From assembly GCA_963920595.1 (NCBI GenBank), contig OY986947.1, positions 496,001 through 560,000 on the forward strand: a DNA stretch of 64,000 nt, read 5' to 3'. Positions 1 to 12,899 of the stretch are shown here, piece by piece (positions within the stretch are counted from its first letter, which is position 1; the number at the start of each line of letters is the position of its first letter). This DNA is from Eimeria praecox. Its lineage: Eukaryota. Under the pieces are notes generated by a model. The model had not been told where the DNA came from and did not search any database. It saw nothing but the letters and a program-made list of their open reading frames with translations. The translations under genes and the position numbers were made by a program.

Positions 1-1920
1 CTTTGCATTCGCCATGCACTGGTGAACCCTCTACGTATGAATGAACGCAGACTTTGCAGCTTGAACATCCCATATGCACGCAGAGAAACACGTTGTATCA
101 TACGCCTTTCTGCCTCTCTGTTTGGTCGAAAGCGCATGCTAAACCTGCATATCACCCCAAACCCGAAGAGCAACACCCTTTATAGAAGCAACAGACCTCC
201 ACCCGCAAAATGCTAGAACAATATAGAACCATCGGCGCACGCGAAACTGAGCGATATCTAGCATAGCCGTAGCGGCAGCCCACCAAGCTGCGCCACTAGC
301 CGTGTACTGTGCTGAGAGGAGCTATTGGCACTACCACAGCAGGCGCCACAAAGGTCGCTTAGAATCCATTTGCCCTGTGAACAGCCAGTTGCGTGTGTCT
401 GTCGCACATCTGCCTAGGTCGCCGAAGCTACAGCCGCTCTGCATCGACGGTTCCACGCTCTTGCATACAGCGCTTAAACGCGCTTCCCGAGCTCTGCATA
501 CAGCATTCCTCATGTGCTACCGCTAGGGTGACGCAAAACAATCAGCCCACCAAGCGTGTCTCCCAGTTTGGCCCATCATGAAAGCGTGTCAAAGAACATC
601 GCTTATCCGCAGAGTAGTGATTCCTTATATCTCTCCCCTTTCAGGACACAAACAGATAGGCTATCGGCGCACGGCAAGTGGTGCGTTACGTAGCGGTGCA
701 ATACCCTGTAGCACTTGTTGTGAAGAGTAGTCAACATGGTCGTAAATCGCGTCAATACAACAGTTTGTGCTAGGTGCTTCAACGCTGCCCCCTGACCTCC
801 TGCCAGCGCGAACACCAGCATGCTGCCTTCCCGAACTGCCAACATAGGATGCCTACTCGCTCGCATCTACCGAGCATAGCATGCTGCTGCGGCATCTGGA
901 TCCCCTAAAGCAGCTCATATTGCTTTGCCAAGCCCATTCATGCTGTAATCAGGGTTAAAAACCTTAAACTCTGCGCTGCACGCGCTCAACAAATTGCATG
1001 CTTAGACACTTCATACTATTGCAAGCACATTATTTTTCTGTGAAGATTCTGGCCTTCCTTACGCTCTGTGTCGAACAACCGCATAAATGCCAGGCCAACC
1101 GCTGCCGTCCAATAACGCATTGACGAATCATCTTGTCTTGACGGCCCCTTCACTGTACTCGCTAGTTAGGCCATACACCGGCACTGGTAGAAGAACACGC
1201 TTGCACACGCATACACCGGGATGCGCACACAGAAACATACAAATAAATCAGCAGCCCATTTCAAATGTATCGCGCATGCCCAATATACGAGACGCGAGAA
1301 ACGCTGCTTAGGCCTACGCTCCTGCAAACGCTCGAACGTGGCTCTCCATTTAAGCGCGTGGCCATTCTCCATCTTGCGAAAAGGCTGCAACACAAAACGC
1401 ACTATCAATAAAGTCGCTTTCCCCAAGTCTGCCCTGCCAGCAGCATATAGGTTCAAGGCCTCAACACCACGTTTCATCGCGAAACAGCCTCCTCTCCAGC
1501 TGCACCCTCAGTCATCTCTTCCTTACAGCAAACATCAAATTTATGACTGCCTGCTTCATGACGTTCGTGCGCCTATATTCACAGAACACCGAATCGTTAT
1601 CGTGAGTGCTCTAGCCTACGCTCGCAAAGCCACAAGATCGCGCTATCGACAGCTCTGATACCCTGCACCAAGTGCGCTGACACGAGCGTCAGCGCGCATT
1701 TGGCGGTACCCTATGCAGCACCAACTCTTCCCAAACCCAGATGAGCAGCACAAGCAACCTCGCCGCATTTGCTTAGTCGCTCAGGCCTGTGCCAAATGCG
1801 TAGAAAGAGCGGCATTAGCCTTTCGCCTGGATCTACAAGCCATCGCTTCTACTGAAGGCAAAGGCGCAGAGTATGCACGCACTAGCTAAAAGAGAAGCTA
1901 TCTGCTTCTTTGTGTCACCC
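1..1920 (-). pseudogene. Family-1 paralog A1 (3' part outside window); decayed putative secreted Cys/Trp-rich protein
   Basis: Minus-strand fragments KKQIASLLASACILCAFAFSR, MKRGVEALNLYAAGRADLGKATLL...HLKWAADLF and CKSVEPSMQSGCSFGDLGRCA...PLWRLLW are collinear with paralogs B-E; in-frame stops and frameshifts; intron-2 remnant at 1171-1240. Confidence 0.7.
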
Positions 1921-3486
1921 CATCCGGCATGCTTAACATTCGCTTGCACCGCCGTAATCTTGATAATTAATTGTACTAAGTGCCCCATGCAATGCGGGAA
2001 CTCCCGTGAAGGTGATGACCACGGAGTCAGCAATTTGTTTTTGCAGAGGCCGGTGTTCTGGACATGCCAGCTGCATTCTGTAGAAGACAGGGTGTCGTAC
2101 GCTCTGCTTCAGAACATACTGGCACTTGGAATAGAGTGGAAAAGTGGCCCCAGTCTGTTTGGCATCCTCTACTTCCAAGGAACGAGACTGCCATTCCTAA
2201 CCGCTAGACTCTGACCCCGAAGGGATTCCCAGCGTTCACTACGGTGCAGATAAGTATACTGGATCATCTGCCGGTTCTTTGCATTTGACAACCGCTGTTT
2301 AAGACTCTACATATGCGTAAACGCAGACATTGCAGCTTAGACAGCGTATATCCCGTCAGAGACCGAACGTGTCCCGTCTGCCCTTCCGCCGCACCGTTTG
2401 GAGGAAAACGCATGCTAAATCTGCACATCATCCCAAGTTCTTGCAGCAGAATTGCTGGGCACAAAACGCCATACAGAATCAGCAACCCTTCACTACTGAA
2501 TACTCCAGGACTACTCTACGAAGCATCAGCTCAACCGGCTGAGCGGCATCCAACATGGTAGATATAAGCACCCAGACAAACTACATTATCATTCATCTAC
2601 TCGCTCCAGCCCAGCTACTCGCATTGCCACAGCATGCGCCACAAAGGCCGCTTATAATCCACATGCACTGCTAACAACCAGTTGGGTACGTCTGCCGCGC
2701 ATCTGCCTAGGCCTTCGAAGCTACAGCTGCTCCCTGCCGACGGCTCCAGTCTCTTGCACGGAGTGCTTGCACGCGACTCTCAAGCATGACATGCAGTGCT
2801 ACTCATTTCATTGTAAGGATGACCCACTATACTGAACCTAACATACGCGTTCCCTGGTTTGGCTTGACGCGAGGTCGCAACAGCGAACATCGCGTGCCCG
2901 TCTACTGATCCCCTCGGTCTCATCGCTTTGGAGACAGGCCCATGGTATATATATGCGCACTATCTGAAACGCAAATGGTGCGTTGCGTCAATGCCCTAGC
3001 AATTCAACACTTGATAGCACTCGCTGTAGTCTAGTTGTTCTTGAATTGCCTCGACGCAACAACATTTCGTGCTGGATGTTTTGATGCTGGCAGGCTTACT
3101 CAGCGTGCTTTGGTGCTCCTCAGTAATACCAGCGTAGCGTGTCTCCACTAGAGCGTCCACGCGTGCCTAGTCTATGAGTGCGGGTTCTGAAGTCTTTGGA
3201 GCAGGCCACAGTGCTTTGGCCAAATATGCTCTGCACGCCACTAGGCAAGCAACACTCTGCACCCAGCACGCACAACAGCCTGCACGCATATAAAGGTTTC
3301 ATATGCATTCACGCAGAGCATTCTTCTGTGAAGATCTTGGCCGCCCTTACTCTAAATGTGAAACAACCGCCTAAATGCCAGAGCAGCCACTGGCGTCCAA
3401 TAACGCATTGAGGAATCATCTTGGCGTGGTGGCCCCCACCTTGGACAGCGTGGTTAAGCCATACACAGGTGCGTCCAGAACACACG

Positions 3487-3590
<104 letters not shown>

Positions 3591-4068
3591 CGCATACAAA
3601 TAAGTCAGCGGTACATTTCAAATGTATCATGCCTGCGCAATATACGAGACGCCAGAAACGCTGCTTAAGCGTACGCTCCTGCAAACGCTAGAACGTGGCT
3701 CTCCATTTAAGCGCATGGCCATTTTCCATCTTGCCAAAAGGCTGCAACACAAAACGCACTATCAATAAAGTCGCTTTCCTCAAGCCTGCCCTGCCAGCAG
3801 CATATAGATTCAAGGCCTCAACCCCATGTTTCATCGCAGAACAGCCCCCACTCCAGCTGCATGCTCAGCCGTCTCTTCCTTACACCAAACATCAAATTTA
3901 TCGCTGCTTACTTCATAAAGTCCATGCGCCTCTATTCACTTTGAGAACATCGATTCATTATCTCGGTAGTTTAGCCTACGCTCGCAAAGGCACAAGACCT
4001 TGCGGTTGAGAGATGTGACGCCCTCCACCAAGTATGTTGGCATGCGTAAGCACGTGCTTGTCGGCACC

Positions 4069-4121
4069 CTGTGCAGAGCGAGCTATCACCAATCCTCGTT
4101 CAGAAACATACACAGACTCAC
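4069..4121 (-). other. Putative 53-nt spliceosomal intron 1 of paralog B
   Basis: Minus strand reads GTGAGT...CTCTGCACAG. Its removal joins the signal-peptide frame (...SDRTHT) to the frame conserved across paralogs (GADKHVLT); 53 is not a multiple of 3, which explains the frame switch. Confidence 0.65.
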
Positions 4122-4849
4122 CGTATGTGTGCGATCGCTTCGACCAGAACGAAAATAAAACAAAAAGCGGCACACGGCTCTTGCCAGCACATATAGGGGT
4201 TCTCTGCTACTGAAGGCAACAGCGCCGAGTTTGCACCCACTAGCTAACAGACAAACTAGCTACCTCTGTGCTGCAGATGTGAAGCCCACGACAAAACTTG
4301 CTGCAACTTCACCATGCTGTGGGGAGCGGCATCCAAAGACAAGGCAAAACTACCTTCCACCGCTTGTCCTTGTGTTCTTACCTTCATCGCCCACGCTATG
4401 TCCAACGCCTACTCGCACCATGACAATCCTTTAAATTGATTAGGTTGAATGAAAAGCCAAACCGTTATTGGGCGGATGAGCCAGCTGAGCATCTAACCTG
4501 TTTTCTGATCTAAAGGGTGCAGACACCTTGTAATAATATGCTATCCTAGTGTCACCCACGGATTTTCTCGTGCACTAGAACCATCCAGCAGCTTCTTCCC
4601 ACCACATGAGGAAAATGCCCACACAAGTGCAAGCCCTTTTGCTGCTCACAGCCATGTAATGCATCTGGCGCTTAGTCATGCTCCAGAGGTGCCAAACCAA
4701 CGCCCTACCCTAAGCACAATAACTTGGCGCAGGCCCCCATCCTGACGGTGCAGAAGCCGTGCATTTTGTTGGTGGGGAAGGGTGACGCTCAAAGTCACTA
4801 CGCTGGAGCAGGCGTCATTTCGTTCCCTTAATGCAGCAAGCGCAAATGC

Positions 4850-5905
4850 AAGAAATACACGCATTCTGCTTAGACCAACCGAAACGATTCACGCATTCCT
4901 AGTTTAGCTCAGTCATGGACAGGCTCTGCTACAGAGAGGGCGCTGATGGCTATACGGCTTCACTCAAACTAGCACAACTAATGCCACGGGCCGTCCAATC
5001 CACTATGAATCGTTGCGCAGGTTCATCGTGCTCACACGCAGAGCCGTGCAGATCCGTGTAGGCATCTTTGCGCGTTCCACTGATACTACGCACGGAAGAA
5101 AACCCGGAAGCTTCAACAACTAATACTGCAGCGCAGAGTGCTTGGTAACGCCGAGCCGTCTCATGCATCAAAGGGCGAGTGCTCGTACACTCTGGTCTCG
5201 CAGAATCCAACGCTTTCCAACCCACAAAAATCATGTGCCCATCCCACCAGCATTTGCAAATGAGACACCTGGTCTTGGCTGTGATTAAGCGGCAATCCAA
5301 TGCAGTCAGTGCTGGTCCTGCCGTCGTCGTGCATTGCATCATTTGGCCTGTACTAATTCCACCCACACAAGCATGATATTCACGCGCACCGGCTTTAGAA
5401 TATCCAAGGAAATTGAGGCTCTGCTGCAGTAACTCACTCCACTGAAACGCCTGCTGCACTAACAGCGCTGCGCTCCAGCAACTTCTAAAGCAGTACAGGA
5501 ACAATGCACACCTTGCGATGCACGCTACGCCACCCGCCTCGGAGCGGTGCGCAGTGTAAACGCATGCCTGGGCGAAAGCATGCACCTCCACGCTGATATA
5601 CAATATCCTGTCCAGGTCACATATACTACAGACAAAGACCAGTTTCGTACGCTCTGCTCCAGAAGGACGTGGCACCTGCGGTTTCTCGAACTCACGGCAG
5701 TTCCTTTGCTATCCTGCTTCCCAGAAGCGCATCTGTTCTTCCCAGTCACTCGAGGCTGCCGGTATGCGAACCACAGGGCCCCCAGCATGCACCATGGCGC
5801 AGGCGCAGGGATATATGCTGCGCCGTGTGTTGGTGCTTTGCATTCGCCATGCACTGGTGAACCCTCTACATATGAATGAACGCAGACTTTGCAGCTTGAA
5901 CATCT
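4850..5905. repeat. ~1.05-kb module shared at very high identity by the 3' ends of paralogs C and A (other copies ~19762-20906, ~25680-26729, ~40570-41650, ~46440-47490; end of a copy at 1-69)
   Basis: Runs from GCATTCTGCTTAGACCAACCGAAACG to GCAGCTTGAACATC; the ORFs at 4950, 19842, 25780 and 40649 translate almost identically. Confidence 0.93.
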
Positions 5906-7282
5906 CATGGGCGTCCAATGGCGAGCCGTTTAGTGGATGCCTTTTCCTCGCGTTGTTTGTCAAAAGGAGTCTTTAAAACCTGAACATTATCCAAAGCCCT
6001 TGCAGCAACGCCACTGAAGGATCTAGCGGCTTCAGAACCAACAGACAATAACCTCTAATAATGCAAGAATACTGTAGAGGCAGCACCTCAAGCGAGGCTG
6101 AGCGGTATCCACCACAGCCGTAGTTGCACCCAAGCAAGCTGCTTCACCCAATCCCCTACGCTGGCACTGCCACAGCATGCGCCACAAAGGCTGCTTTGAA
6201 TCCGGCTGCCTTGCAAACAAGCAGCTGCGTGCGTCTGCCACTCACCTGCCTAGGTCGTCTATCCTGAAGCGGCACTCTACCAAGGGCCCCAGTCTCTTGA
6301 ATACAGCGGAATACAGTGCTTGAACGCGTTTCTCAAGCATTGCATCCACTCCTCATATATTATTGCTAGGATGGCGCAAAGCAATCAAACCAACAAGCGT
6401 GCTTCCTGGCTTGGCTTAGCGTGGAGCCGCTGCAAAGAACGTCGTGCGCCCGGTGACTAATTCCCCAGGTCTCCGCCTTCTAGACGAAAACGCATAACAT
6501 ATAAACACACTCGCTTAAAGGAAATGGTTAGTTGTACATGCGCTATAACAGTCCAATAGAGGATACCACCTCCTGTAAACGACAATCTGGTTGGTCGTAA
6601 ATCACTTCCAAGCAACAAATATTTGTTCTGGGCGTTTTGACAAGGTCGCCAAACCTCTCCAGCATTGGCAGGGTAGGATCCCTCGTCATTCGCACCCACC
6701 CGAGCAGAAGGTGCTACTAAGGCGTCGGGTGTCCTTAAAACAGAGCGCATTGTTTTACCCAAACCAGTGATGCTGCTCATGCCGCTAGGCATCTTACACG
6801 CTGCGCCAAACACGCACAACGATTTGCACATTCAAAGGCACCATGCTGCTGTGGGCAGAACCCTACCCTTGTGAGCAGAACTGTTCGTTGAGAAGAACCC
6901 GGTAGCGCTTGCACTGAATGCGGCAATAACCCGCCCAATCCTTTGCCGATCATTGTTGACGAACAGGGCACTGAGGGATCTTTTTGACTTGATGGCCATA
7001 CCCTTGGACTGCATCTTTAGGCTGTGCACATGTGCATGTCTGCACGCGACTCCCGGCACCACGCGCAATGCGCACACTCCCCAAAGCAGCGCTCAGTAGA
7101 CAAGGCAACCTCATTGTTTGCCTGTGGTCGTTTGGACTAATGTTAAATGAATACAAAAAGGGGCACCCACCTTTCTCCTCCACATACAAGGCTCCTCTGC
7201 TGATGAAGGCAAAGGCGTCAAGCATGCACGCACTAGCTAAAAGGCAAACTGGCTACGCCAGTGCTGCATAGATGAAGTCCGT
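4850..7282 (-). pseudogene. Family-1 paralog C1 (exon 2 largely deleted; long 3' ORF 4950-5675)
   Basis: ACG at the homologous start; PVCLLASACMLDAFAFISRGALYV; PKDAVQGYGHQVKKIPQC; QPLWRMLWQC; 241-codon open stretch at the 3' end. Confidence 0.7.
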
Positions 7283-7419
7283 GGTAGCACTTTCTGTAGC
7301 TTCACAATAATGTGGCAGGCGGCCTTGAAAGACAAGAATGGTTTGCGCAACGTGTCCCAATGTCATTCATTCAGGTATTGTCAGCGTCCATGTGCTCCAT
7401 CGTGACCTTGAATGTTACT

Positions 7420-9600
7420 GTTCATTGCGTCATGTAGTGCAGGGATTCCCCTGAAACTGATGACCGTAGAATCTGCATTTTGTTCTGTTGAGGACGGTGC
7501 CTCGCACAGCCGAATGGCATTACAAAGTAGACAGTGCATCGCATGCTCTGCTTGAGAAGGTGTTTGCGCTTGGCATGACCTGGAAGTGACGACAGCTGTT
7601 TGGGTATCCTACGCCCTAGAAACGCGCCTGCTATCCCCAATCGCTTCCTTTTGACAGTCCGCGCCGCAGAGGGAACCCCGGCATTCACCGCAGCATACCG
7701 GACTATACTGTGCCATTTTCCGGTCCTTTGCAGTCGCCATTCTTTGTCTAAGCCTCTCTGAACACCGATCATGCAGCGTAAGCATCTTATGGGCGCCCAG
7801 CCAAAGGCGTTGTGACTGGTGTATTTCTATCTCGCCGTTTGGCGAAAAAGCGTTTTAAACCTGCGCAACATTCCAACTTCTTGCAGCAACGCATTGAAGA
7901 ACCTAGTGCATTCAAAACCAATAGGTGGTCTCACTCTTTGTTATCCAGGAGACATCAGACCGGCTGACCCTCATCCAGCATGGCCGTTAGCAGCACCCTG
8001 GCAAACAGCGCCACTCGCGGCCTACGCTCTTGAGTAGATGCACTGCCACAGCATGTGCCGCAAAGGCCCCTGAAAATCTAGTTGCATTGCAAACAGCCAG
8101 CTGCACACTTCTGCTCCCACTATGCCTAGCTCTTCGGTGCTAAAGCCGCTCTATGTCAAATGCTCCACTCTCTTGCATACAGCGCTTGAACGCATTCCTA
8201 AGGCACTACAATTTGCTTTGCTCGCCTTATTGTGAAAGCGGCTAAAACCATTAAGCCTCCAATGTCTGCTTCCGTGGTTCAGCTTGACGCAAAGCCTGAA
8301 CGGAAACCACCGCGCGCCCGCCGATTGGTCCCCCAGGTCTACGCTGTTTATACGCAAACACATATGGTATAGGCTCACCCCCTAAAACGAAAACAGTGTT
8401 CTGCGTCGATAGCATGGCAATCCAGCTCGTGACAGCCCTTGCTGCAAGCACCAACTGGATTGGTTGTGAATTGTCTCAATGCAAGAACACTTTGTGCTGG
8501 GTACGTCGAGGTTTTCGTTTAAGCTCACGTAAATGCGGACGCGCATTATGCCGCTCTTCAATATTAGCTGCGTACGGTGCGTGCAGCAGCGAATCCATTC
8601 GCGTACAATACATGGCTACGACATCAGAAGTCCTCAAACCAGGGCACAGTGCTTCGACCATTCATGCTCTGCTCAACACTGGGCATTCAACACTATGCTT
8701 CTAACACGCGCAACAAATTGCGTACTGAAACCCTTCACGTTCTTGGTGTCAGATACTTTCATTATGAAGGCCCTTGCCGGTCTGGCAGTAAATGCGACAC
8801 CCTCCAACATCAGAGCGATCACCATCGTCGAGTAATGCAACGAGGAGTGTTTTTGGCTTGATGACTAGGTTCTTGGACTGGGTGATTAGGCTGAACGTAG
8901 GCGCTCAGACACATGCAAGCATACAGGGCAGTCACCAGCACATTTCAAATGCATCATAGCGACTGGGTATACCAGCCAGGAGGGCCGTGAATCCCTGCAA
9001 ATCCTCACTATGCTCTCCGCGTATGCACTTGCCCCCCCCTCCAACTTTCCTAGAAGGTACAACGCACAGCGTAAACCCATTAAGCCTGCTTTTCCCCCGT
9101 CTGCTTTGCCAGGAGCAGCTAGTCGCAGAGGCTCAATATCGTGCTTTATAAGGGAAAAACGTCCACGCCAGCTGGATTTTCAGCCGTATCTTCCTTCTAA
9201 ACAAGCAGCAGTTTTGTCCCGGCCTACTTCTGGGGGGGTGGGGCGCTAAGCCTATGATGACTTCCAGAATACCAAATTATCATTATTGATTGCGCATGAG
9301 CCTGCGTTCGGGAAGGCGGAAAAGCTTGCGAACGACAGCTTATGACACCCCACACCAAATGTGCTGACAAGCAAGTAAGCTTGCACGTACGCACGTGCTT
9401 CTCAGCACCGCATGCAGCCTTCGGTATCTGCCAAGCCCGGTTCAGCAACATAGGCGGCCTCATGGTATGCGTGTGGAGACCGTGCCGTAAGGCATTGAAC
9501 GCTCAGCGCAGCGCCTTACCCGGCTGCCCCCTCCCTCGAAACGCAAGATATGCATGCTACTACTGCATCCGTGCACCTCCGCGCACACAAACACGATTTT
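7420..9600 (-). pseudogene. Family-1 paralog D1 (3'-truncated)
   Basis: KHDIEPLRLAAPGKADGGKAGL...MHLKCAGDCP|PNHPVQEPSHQAKNTPRCI across a GT-AG intron; RGLDKEWRLQRTG...AAVNAGVP; KHLLKQSMR. Confidence 0.7.
8891..8924 (-). other. Putative 34-nt intron 2 of paralog D
   Basis: GTATGC...CGTTCAG; removal gives a phase-0 in-frame join matching the exon-3 start of paralogs B, C, E and Y. Confidence 0.6.
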
Positions 9601-9929
9601 CAAACTACAAAGACATCCATACAAGGCACGCTGCAGGCACTTTGCCACCTGGCATCTGCCTACCCATATAGAGGCACGCCATAACGCTGTTCCGCCTTGC
9701 TCAATGCTGCACAGTTCACATAATAATCCCTTATTTAGCAAAGGCATAGCCTTGCGGATGTTAACATCGCTAAAGCGCCAACACGGATGCAGCATTCCAC
9801 ACGTCTCACTCAGCGGCCAATTGATGCCGACCCAACATGCACACCAAGCACTTGTTGCCAAACAGCATGCACTGACATGCCCGAATTGGGCGCACTCCCT
9901 GATGTGCACAAAGCCTCATGCTTGGCTAA

Positions 9930-11300
9930 GCCGTCATTAACTGCAAGAAAGAACCTTCCTCACCCTCCCCATTATCCTCAGACTCAGGAAACCGGCCCTC
10001 CCATCACTGCAAATACATCCAGCATCAACCATCACTCGCACGTGCCCTCATACAAAGTGTGGAACATATGCCCTCTCTTCACGGTGAAATATGCTGAACG
10101 GCTATGCGCATACAGAGAGTTCAGAGTCGTCCTTGTGCAGCTCTCGCCATGAAGATCAAGATAGTCCCCACGCACAAAGCACAACTTGTCATCCCTCCCC
10201 ACTCGTATGCAACCCATTCTGCATCCCCCATTCGTGTCGTGCAGTGACGAACAAGAACCAAAACACTCTGCAGGGCTTCCTTCCTTCCTTCCTTTGAACG
10301 TATTGCACATGCACATAACTCTCCGCCCAGCATCTGCTTCCCCACGATAGGCTTTTGGCGCCTGCTACGCTGTCCCCAAGTCGCCGACATGAATCGCTCA
10401 CGCGTTTGCGTTCCATCCCAATGTTCCTGGTGCTCACCTCTTGCGCATACTCACATTTGCCCCAAACTCTTGTCACTCTCCACCGTCCCCGCAACCACTC
10501 GTGCATAGTCCCTTGGCTCTTCTTCTTTCCATGCGGTTAAGGCACACGTGTTCTGGATTTACCAAAACCCTGCGCAACAGCCACCAAGGGCCGTCACATA
10601 CCTCCTGCGGTGCTCATCACGCATCCCGACCCTCCCCCGTCAAGTATAAAACCTTGAAGTGAATTGTACTCTCTCGCTTGAGTGCCAACAAACTCACCGC
10701 CTCATATTAGTATTTGCCAGAATGACGCGGTTGCCTGTTGGGCAACGTGCCCCCGGGAAATGCAAGCTACAAACCGCTCGGCGGCATCCATTACGCGCCG
10801 TCACACCACATTGGGCACACACCTAAAGCATCTACGCCACAGATGTAAGATGCACGACACAGCTTACCGCTGTTCCTAACCATCCAGTCATCATCATTGA
10901 CACTGGAGCCCTGTTGTACTACCATGGTTGTTCCTACGTATGCGGGGGCAAACACGACACACTTTCTGAGTTAACGAATGAGTCCCACACACGTAGGCAC
11001 TTCGAGTTCAGCTTCTGATATCCACAGCCCAACCCGCTGCACCACATCCTCTTCTCCATGCGCCGAAGTAATACCGTTGAGTAACGTCCCTGTCCGTAGA
11101 GGTTATACCACAAATCCTCTCGCCGCAGAGCCGTTATCTCGCAACGGCAAACCTTCATGCATGCAGGGACGGCTGATGCAGTTTTCCGAACAACCCAAAT
11201 CCCACTAGGGCTAGGCAGAACTCCCTGCACCATCCTCAACCACTGCTACTCAACGCACTCACAACGCGGCAAGCACGCATCTATACGCTATATTGCAAAC
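9930..11300 (-). pseudogene. Family-2 decayed copy G1 (unknown product; also at ~30730-32110 and ~51490-52865)
   Basis: Collinear with 12900-14620: YAQEVSTRNIGMERK vs YAQEVGMKNIGMGRK, WGSRCWA vs WGCRCWA, RAVCSLHFP vs RAVCTLRFP, and VCWHSS in both. Strand is inferred. Confidence 0.5.
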
Positions 11301-11329
11301 CAAATAATATCTTGCAATGGTTAGATTCT

Positions 11330-11620
11330 TCAGGACGCCTGGCCGCCCTCCGTTTCCTTCAGCCTTCAGACCTCATCCACCAGGCCTTCTCACCAATGCA
11401 AATGAATCCAACACCAACTAGCACGCACACGCGCTCTCATGCAAAGTGTGGAGCATATGCCCTCTCTTCACGGTGAAATATGCTTAATGGATATGCGCAT
11501 ACTCAGAGTTCAGAGTCGTCCTTGTGCAGCTTTTGCCATGAAGGTCAAGATAGCCCTCACGCAACAAGGCAGAACCTGCTGTACCTCGCTGTGCACGTGC
11601 AGCAGAAGGGGCATCCTCTA
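11330..11620 (-). pseudogene. Family-2 fragment G2 (also at ~32140-32430 and ~52895-53185)
   Basis: 11442-11565 closely matches 10053-10175 (CAAAGTGTGGA.CATATGCCCTCTCTTCACGGTGAAATATGCT...GCCATGAAG.TCAAGATAG). Confidence 0.55.
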
Positions 11621-12899
11621 TTCGCGTCATGTTAGGATGCTGAAAAAGCAAAAAGGCGTGATGACCCTCCGTTCATCTAGCATAGCGCAACCGGGTGTCA
11701 AGGGAGAGTGAAGACTTGTATCAGCAAGAAACTGTCCTGTTTATTTGGTTTCCGTGTCACTGGCGCGTAGTGCGAATGTGCGGTGTGATGCGACAGGCCC
11801 TCGTGAATGGGGCGCTGTGGCTTGGGGATCGCGGTTCCCTTGCCCACGCTGCGCAGTCACAGGTGGCCTGAACCCCGCACACGTGTAGTTCCTAGACCGC
11901 ACATTATATGCATGGGCCTCCAGTTCCTCATCGTGCACTGAGCAGCAGCGCGCTGTACAACAGCTTTGCATTCTCCTTAAGCATCTGCTGTAGTGATACA
12001 TATTCATAATCCGCAAGTACGCTGCAGGTGTTATCTGCCTGCTTAGCAGCATTATGTATACCCGGTCACCTCTTCCAGTTTGTATTGCCGGGTCTCATCT
12101 GATCTATACGCAGGGGATCGAAAGCCAGTTTCATCTCTTCAAGAAGCTGGAAATCATGTAGACAATCAGCAAACCTACACCCCTACACGTTCAAATGACC
12201 CTTGCCAACACTAAGCCAGGATGGGCACACCGAAGGCCGAGATCATTCGTTAATTTTTGCGGATGCATCGCAACAATCCTAGTACCATACACCATGGAAC
12301 TGCGCGTCTGGTCTGCTACTGCCACTTGTCGTTTGACCCCTTTACAACCGCGAAGCAGTTTGCTTACAGCAGTTGAGCCACTGTCAAGTATGACGAAACC
12401 ATCGCTGCCGAAATGTGCGAGGCCAGGCCATCAGGATTTACTCTTGAAAGCAGAGCACAAAGCCTTATCCTATGACTTCATTTCTCCTAAAGCAAACTCC
12501 GCATGCGCCTAGCATATCTGGACGCCTCCGCGCACGAATACACACCTTAAGTTCAAGGAGATGTAGACAAAGCACACTACAAACAATTCGCCACGGAGCA
12601 TGTATTTACCTTACCTCATTGGGGCACGCCCTTCCGCACTAGCCGGCGTAGCACCATCCAGCTAAGTTAGCTTTTGCACAGTTCACAGAAAATCTCATCC
12701 GTGGCAGAGCTGTTGTCTGGCAGCCGTTACAATCCTGCGCATGCCAACGGATGATGCAGGCTTTCACATACCTCAATCAGCGCGCAAGCAAAACCGACCC
12801 ATCTTGCGATCCCATGCCCAGCTGCTGCTGCTAAATGCCGTATACAGGCGCGCGCTGTTTGGCGCACTTCTGGATGCATGGCAGACGACAGGTTCTGCT

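Noticed and set aside
1221..1658. Plus-strand ORFs open in several paralogs (145 aa here, 185 aa at 42782, 149 aa at 29602)
   Set aside because: Splice signals and the signal-peptide-like start lie on the minus strand, and these ORFs have no conserved start or end. Treated as antisense shadows.
7490..7560. VYFVMPFGC in paralog D resembles the Ty3/Gypsy reverse-transcriptase MPFGL motif
   Set aside because: The homologous site in paralog B reads FYRMQLAC or FYRMLLAC, and no YxDD, RNase H or LTR is visible.
9132..9166. Possible 35-nt third intron (GTGGAC...TTGAG) that would fix a shared frame switch in exon 2
   Set aside because: It needs a rare GAG acceptor in every copy and the donor is absent in A1. 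Unsupported without transcripts.
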